44,461 bases of DNA from a bacterium (GCA_030424955.1 JAUHVS010000001.1:1-44461), one strand, 5' to 3'; shown: positions 15,401 through 23,689, numbered from the stretch's first letter. Notes: a model not told the origin generated them from the letters alone. Program-made: numbers and translations.

Positions 15401-18400
15401 GTGATCAGGCTCTCGATGGCCACGGTGACCACCCAGTCGTCGGCGGGCGCGGGCTCGTCGCGCTCGCGCTCGATGAACACGAACCACGTGCCGCGATCCA
15501 GCGCCCGGGCGCGGGCGGGGCCGGCGTTGCAGGCCACCTCGCTCGCACGGTCGTCGCAGTCCGCCCGCACATAGACGACGGCGGGCGCCGCTGCGCCCCC
15601 CGCGGTGGCCACGCTGATGTCGACGTTGGACGGATCATCCAGGGTGATCGCCAGCACCTGCTCCAGGCCGTCCCCCACGGCGCAGCTGCCCTGGGTCAGG
15701 TTCCCGCCGTCCGAGGGCCGGAAGGCGAAGTCGCCGCCCGCCTGCCCGACCTCGATGATCGGGAACGCGTCGGCGCAGTAGTCCGTCTCGATGAGCCCGC
15801 CGGCGGCGTGGCAGCCGGGATCGTTCGGGAAGTCGATCAGGCCGTCCTCGTCGTTGTCGAGCATGTCGAGGCACGCCGGCGGCTCCGCCGGATCGGTCTC
15901 GTCGAGGTCGAAGGGCGTCTCGCAGCCGGGGTCCGCGCTGTCGATGAGGCCGTCCCCGTCGTTGTCGGCCTCGTCGGTGCACTGCGCGACCTCGAGGGCC
16001 TCGATGGTGAACTCGATGGTGCCCGGGCCGGAGTTGTTGGCGCCGAAGCCGTCCGCGAAGAAGAAGTACCGGCCCGCCTCGAGGCGGTTGAAGCTCAGCC
16101 GGGACAGCAGGCCGGCGCCGCCGTCGTCGTCGCAGGCCACCTGCGAGTCGGCGGCGTCGCACACGGTGCGCATGTGCAGGCCAGTGTCGTAGCCGGCCTC
16201 GATGATCTCGGCCGACACCCGCGCCGGGCCCGACAGCGTCAGCTCGAAGGCCTGCTCGGGGCTGGTCGCGCTGCCCGCACAGGTCGAGCTGAAGTTGTTC
16301 ACGCCGCCGCTGGTGTCGTAGTTGAAGACGCCGCCGTCCATGCCCACGGCCACCACGTCGTCGGTGGCCTCGCAGCTCAGGCGCTCGTCGAGATCGCCCG
16401 CCGCGCGGCACTCCTGGTCGGCCGGCCAGTCGATGTTGCCGTCGCCGTCGTTGTCCTCGCCATCGGCACAGGCGGGCGGGGTCAGGGGGTCGGACTCGTT
16501 GTTGTCCATGCCCTGCTCACAGCCCGGATCCGCCAAGTCGATGAGGCCGTCGGCGTCGTTGTCGTCGCCGTCGTTGCACTGCCGCACGAGGCTGCTCACC
16601 GCCACGCTCAGGGTCACGGCGGCGCCCGCGGGCACCTCGCCCGACGCGTCGACGATGATGAAGTAGGTGCCGGGCTCGAGGCCCTGCAGCTGGCGCGTGC
16701 CGGGCTGGCCGGCGCACGCGATCTCGGAGTCGGGGTTGGCGCAGTCGGCCCGCACGTACATCGCCACGGGCACCGGGACGTCGCCGGCGTCGGCTTGCAG
16801 GTCGAGGGCCACGTCCGAGGGCTCGTCGAGGGTCAGCTGCACCACGTACTCGCCGCCCGTCAGCTGGAAGATGCAGCTCGGCTCGGCCAGGCTCATGGCG
16901 TCGGGGAACTCCACCACCAGCTGAGCGCCGTCCTGGCCGACCTCGACGACGCTGTCGAAGGCGAGCTCGCACAGGGGCCGCTCGCGATCGACGCCCGCCG
17001 CGGTGCAGTCGGGGTCGTTGGGGTAGTCGGCCTGGCCGTCCTGATCGTTGTCGATGCCGTCCGCGCACTCGGGGACGATCTCGGGATCGGCCTCGTCCTC
17101 GTCGTCGGGCTCGATGCAGCCGGGATCGGCGAGGTCGATGAGGCCGTCAGCGTCGTTGTCGACGCCGTCGCGGCAGTGGGGCGCCGGGGTCTCCTCGACC
17201 ACCAGGCGGAACGGCCCGGGGCCGACCACGCGGCTGCCGGTGTCCACCACGACGAAGTACAGGCCCTGGGTGGGCTCGTCGATCCCGGCCACGGTGCCGG
17301 GCACGTCGCCCGCGCCGCGGTTGCACACGAGGTCGTCGGCGGACTCGCAGTTGCTGCGCACGTAGACCACCGTGGGCACGACGGTCTCGTCGAAGTCGGT
17401 GCGGAAGGTCACGCGGCGCAGCGCAGAGGTCACGCGGTAGGCGAAGACCCGCTCGGCGCCCGCGGAGCCGCCGCAGGAGCCCTGCAGGAGGGCGCTGCCC
17501 CCCTCGAGGCTGCCCTCCCAGGCGTCGTTGTCGGCGAGGTGAGCGTTGAGATCGATGACCTCGATCCCGGCGGCACACGAGCTGACCTCGGCGGAGTCGG
17601 CCGCGCTGTTGCAGCCCTCGTCGGCCGGGTAGTCGATGGCGCCGTCGCCGTCGTCGTCGAGCCCGTTGCCACACGCCGGCAGCACGGCCGGATCGGTCTC
17701 GTCGGAGTCGCCCCGGCCCTGACAGCCCGGATCATTCGGGTAGTCGATCAGGCCATCCTCGTCGTCGTCCGCGCCGTTGGCGCAGGCGCGAGGGGCCGGC
17801 GGATCGGTCTCGTCGTCATCGCCCGCGGCGCCGCAGCCGGGGTCGAGGGGGAAGTCGGTGGCGCCGTCGCCGTCGTCGTCGAGCCGGTTGCTGCAGGCCG
17901 CGATGGGGTTCTGGCCGTCCTCGGTGGGATCGATGCTGTTGACGCAGTCCGAGTCCGCGAGGTCAACCGCGCCGTCGGCGTCGTTGTCGAGGCCGTCCGC
18001 GCACTGGTTGGCCATCGCCGGATCGGTCTCATCGTCATCGGCCGCGTCCGTGCAGCCCGGATCGTCCGGGAAGTCCGTGGCGCCATCCATGTCGTTGTCG
18101 ACGCCGTCGGCACAGGCCGCGACCGGCGCACCGCCGACCCCACCCTGGCCGCCCATGCCGCCTTCGCCGCCCATGCCGCCCATGCCGCCTTCGCCGCCCA
18201 TGCCGCCGGCCCCGCCGGCGCCCCCAGCGCCGCCGTCCCCCCCGGTGCCGCCCTCGCCACCGGCGCCGCCTGGCCCACTGTCGGTGATGAGGCCACCGTC
18301 CTGGCTGGCGCCCTGGTCCGGATCACTCGACGAGCTATCGTCCGCCACGCACCCGAACAGCAGCGCGCTGCTCAGGGCGGCGACGAACCAACCCTTCAAC

Positions 18401-18414
18401 CACTCTTGCTTCAT
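12439..18414 (-). CDS. Ultra-acidic modular lipoprotein (1,991 aa): GGX tether, 21 Cys-bracketed DxDxDG (thrombospondin-type-3-like) putative Ca2+-binding motifs and 9 PPC-like beta-sandwich domains
   Basis: Start ATG 18414 (MKQEWLKGWFVAALSSALLFGC, lipobox-like LFGC). The 309 codons upstream in the ORF track are Arg/Gly/Pro junk that overlaps cobA/hemD. Motifs such as CNDGVDNDDDGLIDLADPGC and CADGIDNDEDGAIDYPxDxxC recur about every 196 aa. Each pair is followed by a domain ending ...EAGTYFIxVD.... Confidence 0.85.
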   Translation of the reverse strand: MKQEWLKGWFVAALSSALLFGCVADDSSSSDPDQGASQDGGLITDSGPGGAGGEGGTGGDGGAGGAGGAGGMGGEGGMGGMGGEGGMGGQGGVGGAPVAACADGVDNDMDGATDFPDDPGCTDAADDDETDPAMANQCADGLDNDADGAVDLADSDCVNSIDPTEDGQNPIAACSNRLDDDGDGATDFPLDPGCGAAGDDDETDPPAPRACANGADDDEDGLIDYPNDPGCQGRGDSDETDPAVLPACGNGLDDDGDGAIDYPADEGCNSAADSAEVSSCAAGIEVIDLNAHLADNDAWEGSLEGGSALLQGSCGGSAGAERVFAYRVTSALRRVTFRTDFDETVVPTVVYVRSNCESADDLVCNRGAGDVPGTVAGIDEPTQGLYFVVVDTGSRVVGPGPFRLVVEETPAPHCRDGVDNDADGLIDLADPGCIEPDDEDEADPEIVPECADGIDNDQDGQADYPNDPDCTAAGVDRERPLCELAFDSVVEVGQDGAQLVVEFPDAMSLAEPSCIFQLTGGEYVVQLTLDEPSDVALDLQADAGDVPVPVAMYVRADCANPDSEIACAGQPGTRQLQGLEPGTYFIIVDASGEVPAGAAVTLSVAVSSLVRQCNDGDDNDADGLIDLADPGCEQGMDNNESDPLTPPACADGEDNDGDGNIDWPADQECRAAGDLDERLSCEATDDVVAVGMDGGVFNYDTSGGVNNFSSTCAGSATSPEQAFELTLSGPARVSAEIIEAGYDTGLHMRTVCDAADSQVACDDDGGAGLLSRLSFNRLEAGRYFFFADGFGANNSGPGTIEFTIEALEVAQCTDEADNDGDGLIDSADPGCETPFDLDETDPAEPPACLDMLDNDEDGLIDFPNDPGCHAAGGLIETDYCADAFPIIEVGQAGGDFAFRPSDGGNLTQGSCAVGDGLEQVLAITLDDPSNVDISVATAGGAAAPAVVYVRADCDDRASEVACNAGPARARALDRGTWFVFIERERDEPAPADDWVVTVAIESLITQCNDEIDNDDDGLIDFADPGCFDARDTDETDPAVLPECGDGIDNDEDGATDYPDDADCRSAGGITEATRCDDIAAIEVNQAGGRFQVNPERDPAGPYVASCDNGDGEDVVFAVTIDELSNLTVTSLNADGGRFTSILSARTACDDANAELDCEPSFGGPLRLTELEAGTYFILVERDLFSPDGAFEIDIAIESLIRECNDGIDNDEDALIDLDDPGCERGMDDDETDPAEVPECSDGIDNDEDGDIDYPADDGCPAAGDNTERLFCEGTDNVVEVDQAGGLFMVNTAGNGDNYSGAACGGGGRSEEQVFQLILDVPSAVTAEIVAADFDTMMFARAGNCDVGDFLGCDDDGGAGLLSRLSFDQLEPGVYYFYTDAFSAGNAGAMSVQFTIVGLVTECNDGVDNDDDGLIDLADPGCDAGADLSEADPVEAPACGDGADNDGDGLIDFPEDTDCTAAGWPSEAPYCAGLPGELPVIGADPLPLDPDEAGADTYEGSCGNGAGGESIAVLTLDVQSEVTFQVLGADGAPDSAVVSVRSVCDAEGSEIACKSSFSASLTEVMEAGTYYVIVDTTAAIVDPVDLVTTVRPLIVACNDGVDNDDDGLIDLADPGCVFDLDADETDPADPPACADGIDNDEDGAIDYGEDPECYAAGSTSELAACGAVEAVTLYEIGGDPLVIDPNVAGGDAYEHSCDNGTNGEAVVGLVLPERSRFTVSVIDVEGEPASAVVSVRQACDVAETELACKASFTDSLTVGDAEAGLYYIIIDADDLVPAGDLTVTIEVTSLIVACNDEIDNDEDGLIDLADPGCAGGFGDSEIDPDVLPACADGIDNDDDGQIDFPDDDACIAAGWDFEQQLCLAKPVAGALIDAGGQFALDTTGSENDYEASCGSTSRSGDQVVFLQLTAPALVTAETTQSTFDTTLYLRSACDDAATEIACNDDGGEGSQSLLSQQLEAGDYFIFVDGYGAGNVGQTVLVVDVQPVPPPAP
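18127..18270 (-). repeat. Sixteen consecutive Gly-Gly-X triplets (coding low-complexity tether just after the lipobox)
   Basis: Residues 49-96 of the lipoprotein are GGAGGEGGTGGDGGAGGAGGAGGMGGEGGMGGMGGEGGMGGQGGVGGA. The DNA shows 9/18-nt reiteration (gcccatgccgccttcgcc). Confidence 0.8.
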
Positions 18415-18548
18415 GAAACCCCCCGGGAGGCGCAGATGTCGCCCCGTACCAAGCGCACGATTAATCGGATCGAGGCGTCCAGTGCAACGGCCCGCTGTCG
18501 GCCAGGGTACAGGATGACGGCGGTTCGGGGTCACCGGAGGCGCCCGCC

Positions 18549-20060
18549 TCAGGGAGCAGGCCCCGCCGCCGCCCAGCCTACGACCGCATCCACGAGGCCC
18601 GGGATGGTGTGGGGCGTCGCCTCGGCGACGACACGGAAGCCGGCCGCCTCGGCGGTCTGCGTCGCCACCGGGCCAATGCAGGCCGCCACGGCGTTCGCCT
18701 GCAGCGCGGCGAGCTCGGCCGGGCTGAACTGCGCCACAAACTGGGTGACCGTCGACGAGGCCGTGAAGGTCAGCAGATCGACCTCGCCCCGGGCGAGCCG
18801 GCCCCGGGTACCTGGATCGACGGCGGGGGCGACGGTGCGATAGACCGGCACCACGTCGACCTGCGCGCCCCGGGCTCGGAGGGTGTCGGGCAGCAGCTCG
18901 CGGGCCACCTCGGCCCGGGGCAGCAGGACCCGCCGGCCGGTCAGATCCTCGGGCAGCGCGGCCAGGAACGCCTCGGCCACGAAGGCCTTCGGGATCAGGT
19001 CGGGCACCAGCCCGCGGCCGCGCAGGCGCTTGGCCGTGGCCGATCCCACGCAGGCGATGGCGGCCCGGCCGAAGGCGCGCGCGTCCCGGCCCGCCGCCTG
19101 GATGGCGTCGAGGAACGCGTCGACGGCGTTGGTGCTGGTGAACAGCACCCAGTCGTACTCGCCCAAGCCCGCCACCGCTGCCTGGACCCGCGCGGGCTCG
19201 CGCGGGGGCGCAAAGTCGATGGTGGGCATCGACAGCACCTCGGCGCCCAGCGCCGCGAACCGCTCCGCCAGCGGCCCCTGCTGCTCCGGGCTGCGGGTCA
19301 CGGCGATCCGGCGGCCATGCAGCGGCTTGTGCTCGAACCACCTGATCTTGTCGCGCAGCGACACCACCTCGCCCACGATGACCGTCACCGGCGGGGCCAA
19401 CTCGTGGCGGACGAAGGCAGCCTCGGCGTCCGCCAGCGTGGTGATCACCGTGTGCTGATCAGGCCGGGTGGCCCACCGCACCAGGGCCACGGGGGTCTGC
19501 GGATCGCGCCCGGCCGCGATCAGCCCCTCGCTGATGGCGCCCAGGTTCCGGGCCCCCATGTAGAACACCACCGTCGCCAGCCCGGCCAGGGCCGCGAAGT
19601 TGACGTCCCCCTGGGGGTCGTCCGCCCGGTGGCCCGTGCACAGGCCAAGCGTGGGCCCGAAGCCCCGGTGCGTCACCGGGATGCCCGCAAAGGCGGCGCC
19701 CGCGATGGCCGCGGTCACGCCAGGGACCACCTCGAAGGGCACGCCGGCGGCGACCAGGGCCTCGGCCTCCTCGCCGCCGCGACCAAAGACGAAGGGATCG
19801 CCCCCCTTGAGGCGCACCACCACCTCGCCCTGCAGACCGCGCTCCACCAGCAGATCGTTGATCTCGCCCTGGGTGAGCCGGGACTTGCCCCGCCCCACGG
19901 CGATCAGCTCGGTGTCGGGGTGGGCATGCACCAGGTGGGCCGGGTTGCACAGGTAGTCGTAGACCACCGTGTCGGCGCAGCCCAGCAGCGACTGCCCGCG
20001 CAGGGTGAGCAGGCCCGGATCCCAGGGGCCTGCCCCCACCAGGTACACCATGCCGGTCAT
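18549..20060 (-). CDS. cobA-hemD: Bifunctional uroporphyrinogen-III C-methyltransferase / uroporphyrinogen-III synthase
   Basis: The N-terminal half has the tetrapyrrole methylase signature ([32 protein letters not shown]). The C-terminal half is HemD-like ([13 protein letters not shown]..., [12 protein letters not shown]). There is a 5-nt gap after the hemC stop. Confidence 0.9.
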   Translation of the reverse strand: MTGMVYLVGAGPWDPGLLTLRGQSLLGCADTVVYDYLCNPAHLVHAHPDTELIAVGRGKSRLTQGEINDLLVERGLQGEVVVRLKGGDPFVFGRGGEEAEALVAAGVPFEVVPGVTAAIAGAAFAGIPVTHRGFGPTLGLCTGHRADDPQGDVNFAALAGLATVVFYMGARNLGAISEGLIAAGRDPQTPVALVRWATRPDQHTVITTLADAEAAFVRHELAPPVTVIVGEVVSLRDKIRWFEHKPLHGRRIAVTRSPEQQGPLAERFAALGAEVLSMPTIDFAPPREPARVQAAVAGLGEYDWVLFTSTNAVDAFLDAIQAAGRDARAFGRAAIACVGSATAKRLRGRGLVPDLIPKAFVAEAFLAALPEDLTGRRVLLPRAEVARELLPDTLRARGAQVDVVPVYRTVAPAVDPGTRGRLARGEVDLLTFTASSTVTQFVAQFSPAELAALQANAVAACIGPVATQTAEAAGFRVVAEATPHTIPGLVDAVVGWAAAGPAP

Positions 20061-20065
20061 GGCGC

Positions 20066-20983
20066 TCAGCGCAGGCTGGCGAGGAGGCGGTCGCCGCCCG
20101 CCGACAAGAGGGCCGCAGCCACGGCCTGCCCCAAAGCCTCGGGATCATCGCCGGCGCGATCCTCACGCAAGAAGGCGCTGCCGTCCGGGTGACCGACGAA
20201 GGCGCGCAGGGTGAGGCGCCCGCTGTCGTCGGTCGTGGCGTAGGCGCCGACGGGCACGCGGCAGTCACCCTCAACCGCCCGCAGGAAGGCGCGCTCCGCG
20301 GTCACGCAGCGGGCGGTGGGCTCGTGGTGCAGCGTGCGCAGGGCCTCGAGGGTGGCCTCGTCATCCTCGCGACACTCCACCGCCAAGGCCCCCTGCCCCA
20401 CCGCCGGGATCCAGGTCTCGGGATCCATGGCCGTGAAGGTCACGTCCTCGCGGGCGAGCAGGCCGATCCTCGACAGGCCCGCCCACGCCAGGATCACGGC
20501 GTCCACCCGCCGCGGCGGCGCGTCGTGTACCCGCTGCAGCCGGGTCTGTACGTTGCCGCGGATGGGCTCGATGTGGGCGTCTGGATACTGCCGGCGGGCG
20601 AGGCACGCGCGGCGCAGGCTCGCCGTCCCGATGGACGCCGGCACCGCACCGGCCTCCCCCACCCGCGTGATGAAGGCGTCGCGCACGTCGGCGCGCTCGG
20701 GGATGGCCCCCAGCACGAGCCCGGGCGGCAGCTGGGTGGGCATGTCCTTCAGGCTGTGCACCGCGAGGTCGATGCGGCCCGCGTCGAGGTCGACCTCGAG
20801 CTCCTTGGTGAAGAGCCCCTTGCCGCCAATCTCGGACAGCGGGCGGTCGAGGATGTGATCGCCCCGCGTCGTAAAGACGAGGCGCTCGGTGTCGCGGCCA
20901 GTGGTCTCACGCAGCCGCGCGGCCACGTGATCGGCCTGCCAGAGGGCAAGGGCGGAGCCTCGGGTCCCGATGCGGAGGGTCAT
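20066..20983 (-). CDS. hemC: Hydroxymethylbilane synthase (porphobilinogen deaminase)
   Basis: MTLRIGTRGSALALWQADHV...GGKGLFTKELE...AVHSLKDMPT. ATG 20983 overlaps the hemA stop (ATGA, 20980-20983). Confidence 0.95.
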   Translation of the reverse strand: MTLRIGTRGSALALWQADHVAARLRETTGRDTERLVFTTRGDHILDRPLSEIGGKGLFTKELEVDLDAGRIDLAVHSLKDMPTQLPPGLVLGAIPERADVRDAFITRVGEAGAVPASIGTASLRRACLARRQYPDAHIEPIRGNVQTRLQRVHDAPPRRVDAVILAWAGLSRIGLLAREDVTFTAMDPETWIPAVGQGALAVECREDDEATLEALRTLHHEPTARCVTAERAFLRAVEGDCRVPVGAYATTDDSGRLTLRAFVGHPDGSAFLREDRAGDDPEALGQAVAAALLSAGGDRLLASLR

Positions 20984-22272
20984 TCGGAGTGCGCCTTGTC
21001 TTCGCCCGGGGTCTGGGCGTCCAGGTTGAACATGCGGCGGGTCGCCTCGACCACCAGGTGCCCGTCGGGCTCCGTGGCGGCGCGCTTCAGCTCCATCATC
21101 ACCGAGTGGAGCAGCGTGTTGCACACCCCCTCGGCCAGCCGCTCGACTGACTTCTTCTGCTTGGCCGAGAGGTCGGGCAGGCGCCGGAGCGCCTTCTCGA
21201 CCTCCTGGTCGCGGATCTCGCCCGCCCGGGCCCGCAGGGCGACGATGGTGGGCTTGACGGTGTCGGTGGCGAGCTCCCCCAGGAAGCGGCTCGCCTCCTG
21301 CGCGACGAGCGCCTCGGCCGCGTCCGCCTCACGGCGACGGGCGGCCAGGTTCTCGTTCGAGATCTCGCTCAGATCGTCGACGTCGTACACGAACACGTTG
21401 TCGAGCTCGTTGAGCGCCGGATCGATGTTGCGGGGGACCGCGATGTCGATGAAGAAGATCGGCCGATACTTGCGCTGCTTCAGCGCCTTCTTCATGTCGG
21501 GGCGCTGCACGAGGTAGCCCCGCGCGCCCGTCGACGCGATCACGATGTCGGCCTGCACCAGCAGCTCGGGCAGCTCCGCGAGCGAGCGCGGGTGCCCATC
21601 GAGGGCGGCGGCCACGGCCTGGGCGCGATCCATGCTGCGGTTGGCGACCAGCAGCTCGCGCACCCCCGCCTGGCGCAGGTGTCGGGCGGCGAGCTCGCCC
21701 ATCTTCCCGGCGCCCAGCAGCACCGCGCGCTTGTCGTCCAGCGAGCCGAAGATCTGGCGGGCCAGATCGATGGCGACCGAGCTGACCGACACCGCGCTGC
21801 GGCCGATGCCGGTCTCGGTGCGCACCCGCTTGGCCACCGCGAAGGCCCGCTCGGCCGCGCGGTTGAGCGAGGGCCCGGTGACGCCGGCCTGCCGACAGAT
21901 CTCGTAGGCTGACTTCAGCTGGCCGAGGATCTGCGGCTCGCCCACCACCAGGCTGTCGAGGCTGGCCGCCACCCGAAACAGGTGCTGTACGGCCGCCGCG
22001 CCCTGATGCAGGTACATGTGCTCCCGCACGGCGCTGCTGCCGGTCTCGCCGAGCAGGGCGAGCATCTCGACGAGGCGCTCCCCCATGTCCTCGTCGCCCA
22101 CCGCCGCATACAGCTCCGTGCGGTTACACGTGGACACGACGAAGGACTCCTGACCCCCAGCCGCGCGCACGCGCCCCGCCGCGTCCGAGAGCCGATCCTC
22201 CGGGATGGCGAACTTCTCGCGGAGCTGGACCGGCGCCGTCTTGTGGCTGAGGCCCAAAACGAGCAGCTGCAT
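20980..22272 (-). CDS. hemA: Glutamyl-tRNA reductase
   Basis: MQLLVLGLSHKTAPVQLREKF, the catalytic-Cys motif STCNRTELY, and the NADPH-binding loop GAGKMGE. It starts 1 nt after the hemX stop. Confidence 0.95.
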   Translation of the reverse strand: MQLLVLGLSHKTAPVQLREKFAIPEDRLSDAAGRVRAAGGQESFVVSTCNRTELYAAVGDEDMGERLVEMLALLGETGSSAVREHMYLHQGAAAVQHLFRVAASLDSLVVGEPQILGQLKSAYEICRQAGVTGPSLNRAAERAFAVAKRVRTETGIGRSAVSVSSVAIDLARQIFGSLDDKRAVLLGAGKMGELAARHLRQAGVRELLVANRSMDRAQAVAAALDGHPRSLAELPELLVQADIVIASTGARGYLVQRPDMKKALKQRKYRPIFFIDIAVPRNIDPALNELDNVFVYDVDDLSEISNENLAARRREADAAEALVAQEASRFLGELATDTVKPTIVALRARAGEIRDQEVEKALRRLPDLSAKQKKSVERLAEGVCNTLLHSVMMELKRAATEPDGHLVVEATRRMFNLDAQTPGEDKAHSE

Positions 22273-22273
22273 G

Positions 22274-23018
22274 TCAGGCGACCCCCAGCGAATACAGCGC
22301 CACCACCATCAGCGTCGTCACCAGCCCGACCGAGGTCATGATCGCCGCGCGCCGGCCGCGCCAGCCGGCGGTCAGGCGGGCCTGCAGCACCGCCCCATAG
22401 ATGAACCACGAGAAGAACGACAGGACGTAGGTCAACCGCACACCCCCCTGGGCGTGGATGGCCTGCGCGCTCCCGAGCAGGAGCGCCACGGTATAGAACG
22501 GAAAGCCCACGATGATGCTGCGCAGCGCCAGGGCGTCGAGCACCTGCAGGGGCGGCAGCCGGCGCCGAAGCCCCGACTTCTTCTTCTGCTTCAGCGCCTG
22601 CGACTGCATCAGGTAGACGATGGAGACGGCGGTGGCGAACCCGAAGGCGGTCACCCCGATGAAGGCCAGCCCGATGTGGACCCGCAAGAGCCAGGTGGCC
22701 CACACCCCGCCCGCGAGGGTCGCGCTCGGCTTCGCCACGAAGAGCGCGAGGACCGCCAGCGCCGTCGCCAGCGCGCTGACGAAGCTCCCCAGCGCGTTGA
22801 TGGGGTAGCGGCGCAGGAGCACCAGGTACAGCACACCCAGGCTCCAGCCCGAGCTGGAACGCCGCGAAGACCAGCAGCCCGGCCCAGAACGCGAGGGAGG
22901 CGCGCAGGAGCCAGCCCGCCATCGCGCCGACCCCCGGCCGCGCCCACCACAGCGAGGCGAGGTAGGCCGCGGTTGTCGCGCCGTACGCGCCGACCCCGAT
23001 CGCGAAGAATGTCTCCAC
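22274..23018 (-). pseudogene. hemX: HemX/CcsA-like (cytochrome c assembly family) membrane protein interrupted by an apparent 1-nt frameshift near 22835-22870
   Basis: GTG 23018 (GGGAG upstream, 2 nt after the sirC stop TAA at 23021-23023) opens VETFFAIGVGAYGATTAAYLASLWWARPGVGAMAGWLLRASLAFWAGLLVFAAF. The remainder (VLYLVLLRRYPINALG...FFSWFIYGAVLQARLTAGWRGRRAAIM..., stop 22274-22276; ORF-track entry 22274..22834) is in the +1 frame. The span is 745 nt, not a multiple of 3. A sequencing error is possible. Confidence 0.6.
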
Positions 23019-23020
23019 GC

Positions 23021-23626
23021 TTACTCCCTCTCGCGTCCCACGGACGTCAACAGCGCCTCGACCGTCGGGCGCTCGCCTCGCTCCATCTGGGCCAAGAGCG
23101 GCCCCCGCGCCAGCCGGCGCAGCATCGCCTGCCGCTGCGCCCCGGGCGGCCTCGCGCTGCGGACCGCGGCGAGGCACGCCACGAAGTCTCCCCAGGCCGC
23201 CGGCACCCGGCCGGCCAAGGCAGCCCGAAGCACCGACGTCGCCGCGGGGGCCTGGCCCCCGGTGCTGATCCCGATGGTGAGCGGGCCACGGCGGATCACC
23301 GCCGGCACCACGGCGTCACCGGCCCGGCCGTCATCGGCGCGGACCACCAGCGCATTGACCCGGCGGGCGTCCTGGACCACAGCGACGTTGACCGCCGCCG
23401 GGGCGCACGCGAACACGAGCAGAGCGCCCTGGACGTCGCTGGCCTGATACGGGCGCCGGGACACCGCGTGCGCCGAGGCGTCGGCGGGGACGTCCGGCGC
23501 GACCCACCGCACCGTGGCCCCGGCGGCCAGGGCGGCGTCCACCCGGCGGCGCCCCACCGGCCCCGCGCCGACCACCAGCACGAGCCGCCCTGCGAGCTCG
23601 ACGTGGAGCGGCAGCGCCGCCATCAC
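23021..23626 (-). CDS. sirC: Precorrin-2 dehydrogenase / sirohydrochlorin ferrochelatase (CysG N-terminal-domain type)
   Basis: Rossmann motif LVLVVGAGPVGRRRV and later PLTIGISTGGQAP, about 200 aa. The start is GTG 23626 or ATG 23623. Confidence 0.75.
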   Translation of the reverse strand: MMAALPLHVELAGRLVLVVGAGPVGRRRVDAALAAGATVRWVAPDVPADASAHAVSRRPYQASDVQGALLVFACAPAAVNVAVVQDARRVNALVVRADDGRAGDAVVPAVIRRGPLTIGISTGGQAPAATSVLRAALAGRVPAAWGDFVACLAAVRSARPPGAQRQAMLRRLARGPLLAQMERGERPTVEALLTSVGRERE

Positions 23627-23689
23627 GCGCGGCCTGGCAAGCGACCGTGGGCCGCAGCCCCGCCGTGGGGGGCGACGCTCAACGGCCGA

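Noticed and set aside
12319-18843. A 2,174-aa plus-strand ORF antisense to the modular lipoprotein
   Set aside because: It has the same antisense-artefact composition (V/G/A/R/D runs) and runs across the cobA/hemD boundary. The minus-strand product has a lipobox and regular Cys-bracketed modules.
18415-19341. An N-terminal 309-codon extension of the lipoprotein ORF (track entry 12439..19341)
   Set aside because: The extension is Arg/Gly/Pro-rich and overlaps the well-supported cobA/hemD gene in another frame. The signal peptide and lipobox begin at ATG 18414.
21915-23177. A 420-aa minus-strand ORF spanning hemX and the 5' part of hemA
   Set aside because: Only the ~58 codons after GTG 23018 look like real membrane protein. 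The rest is an out-of-frame read-through of hemX and hemA, and is used only as evidence for the frameshift.
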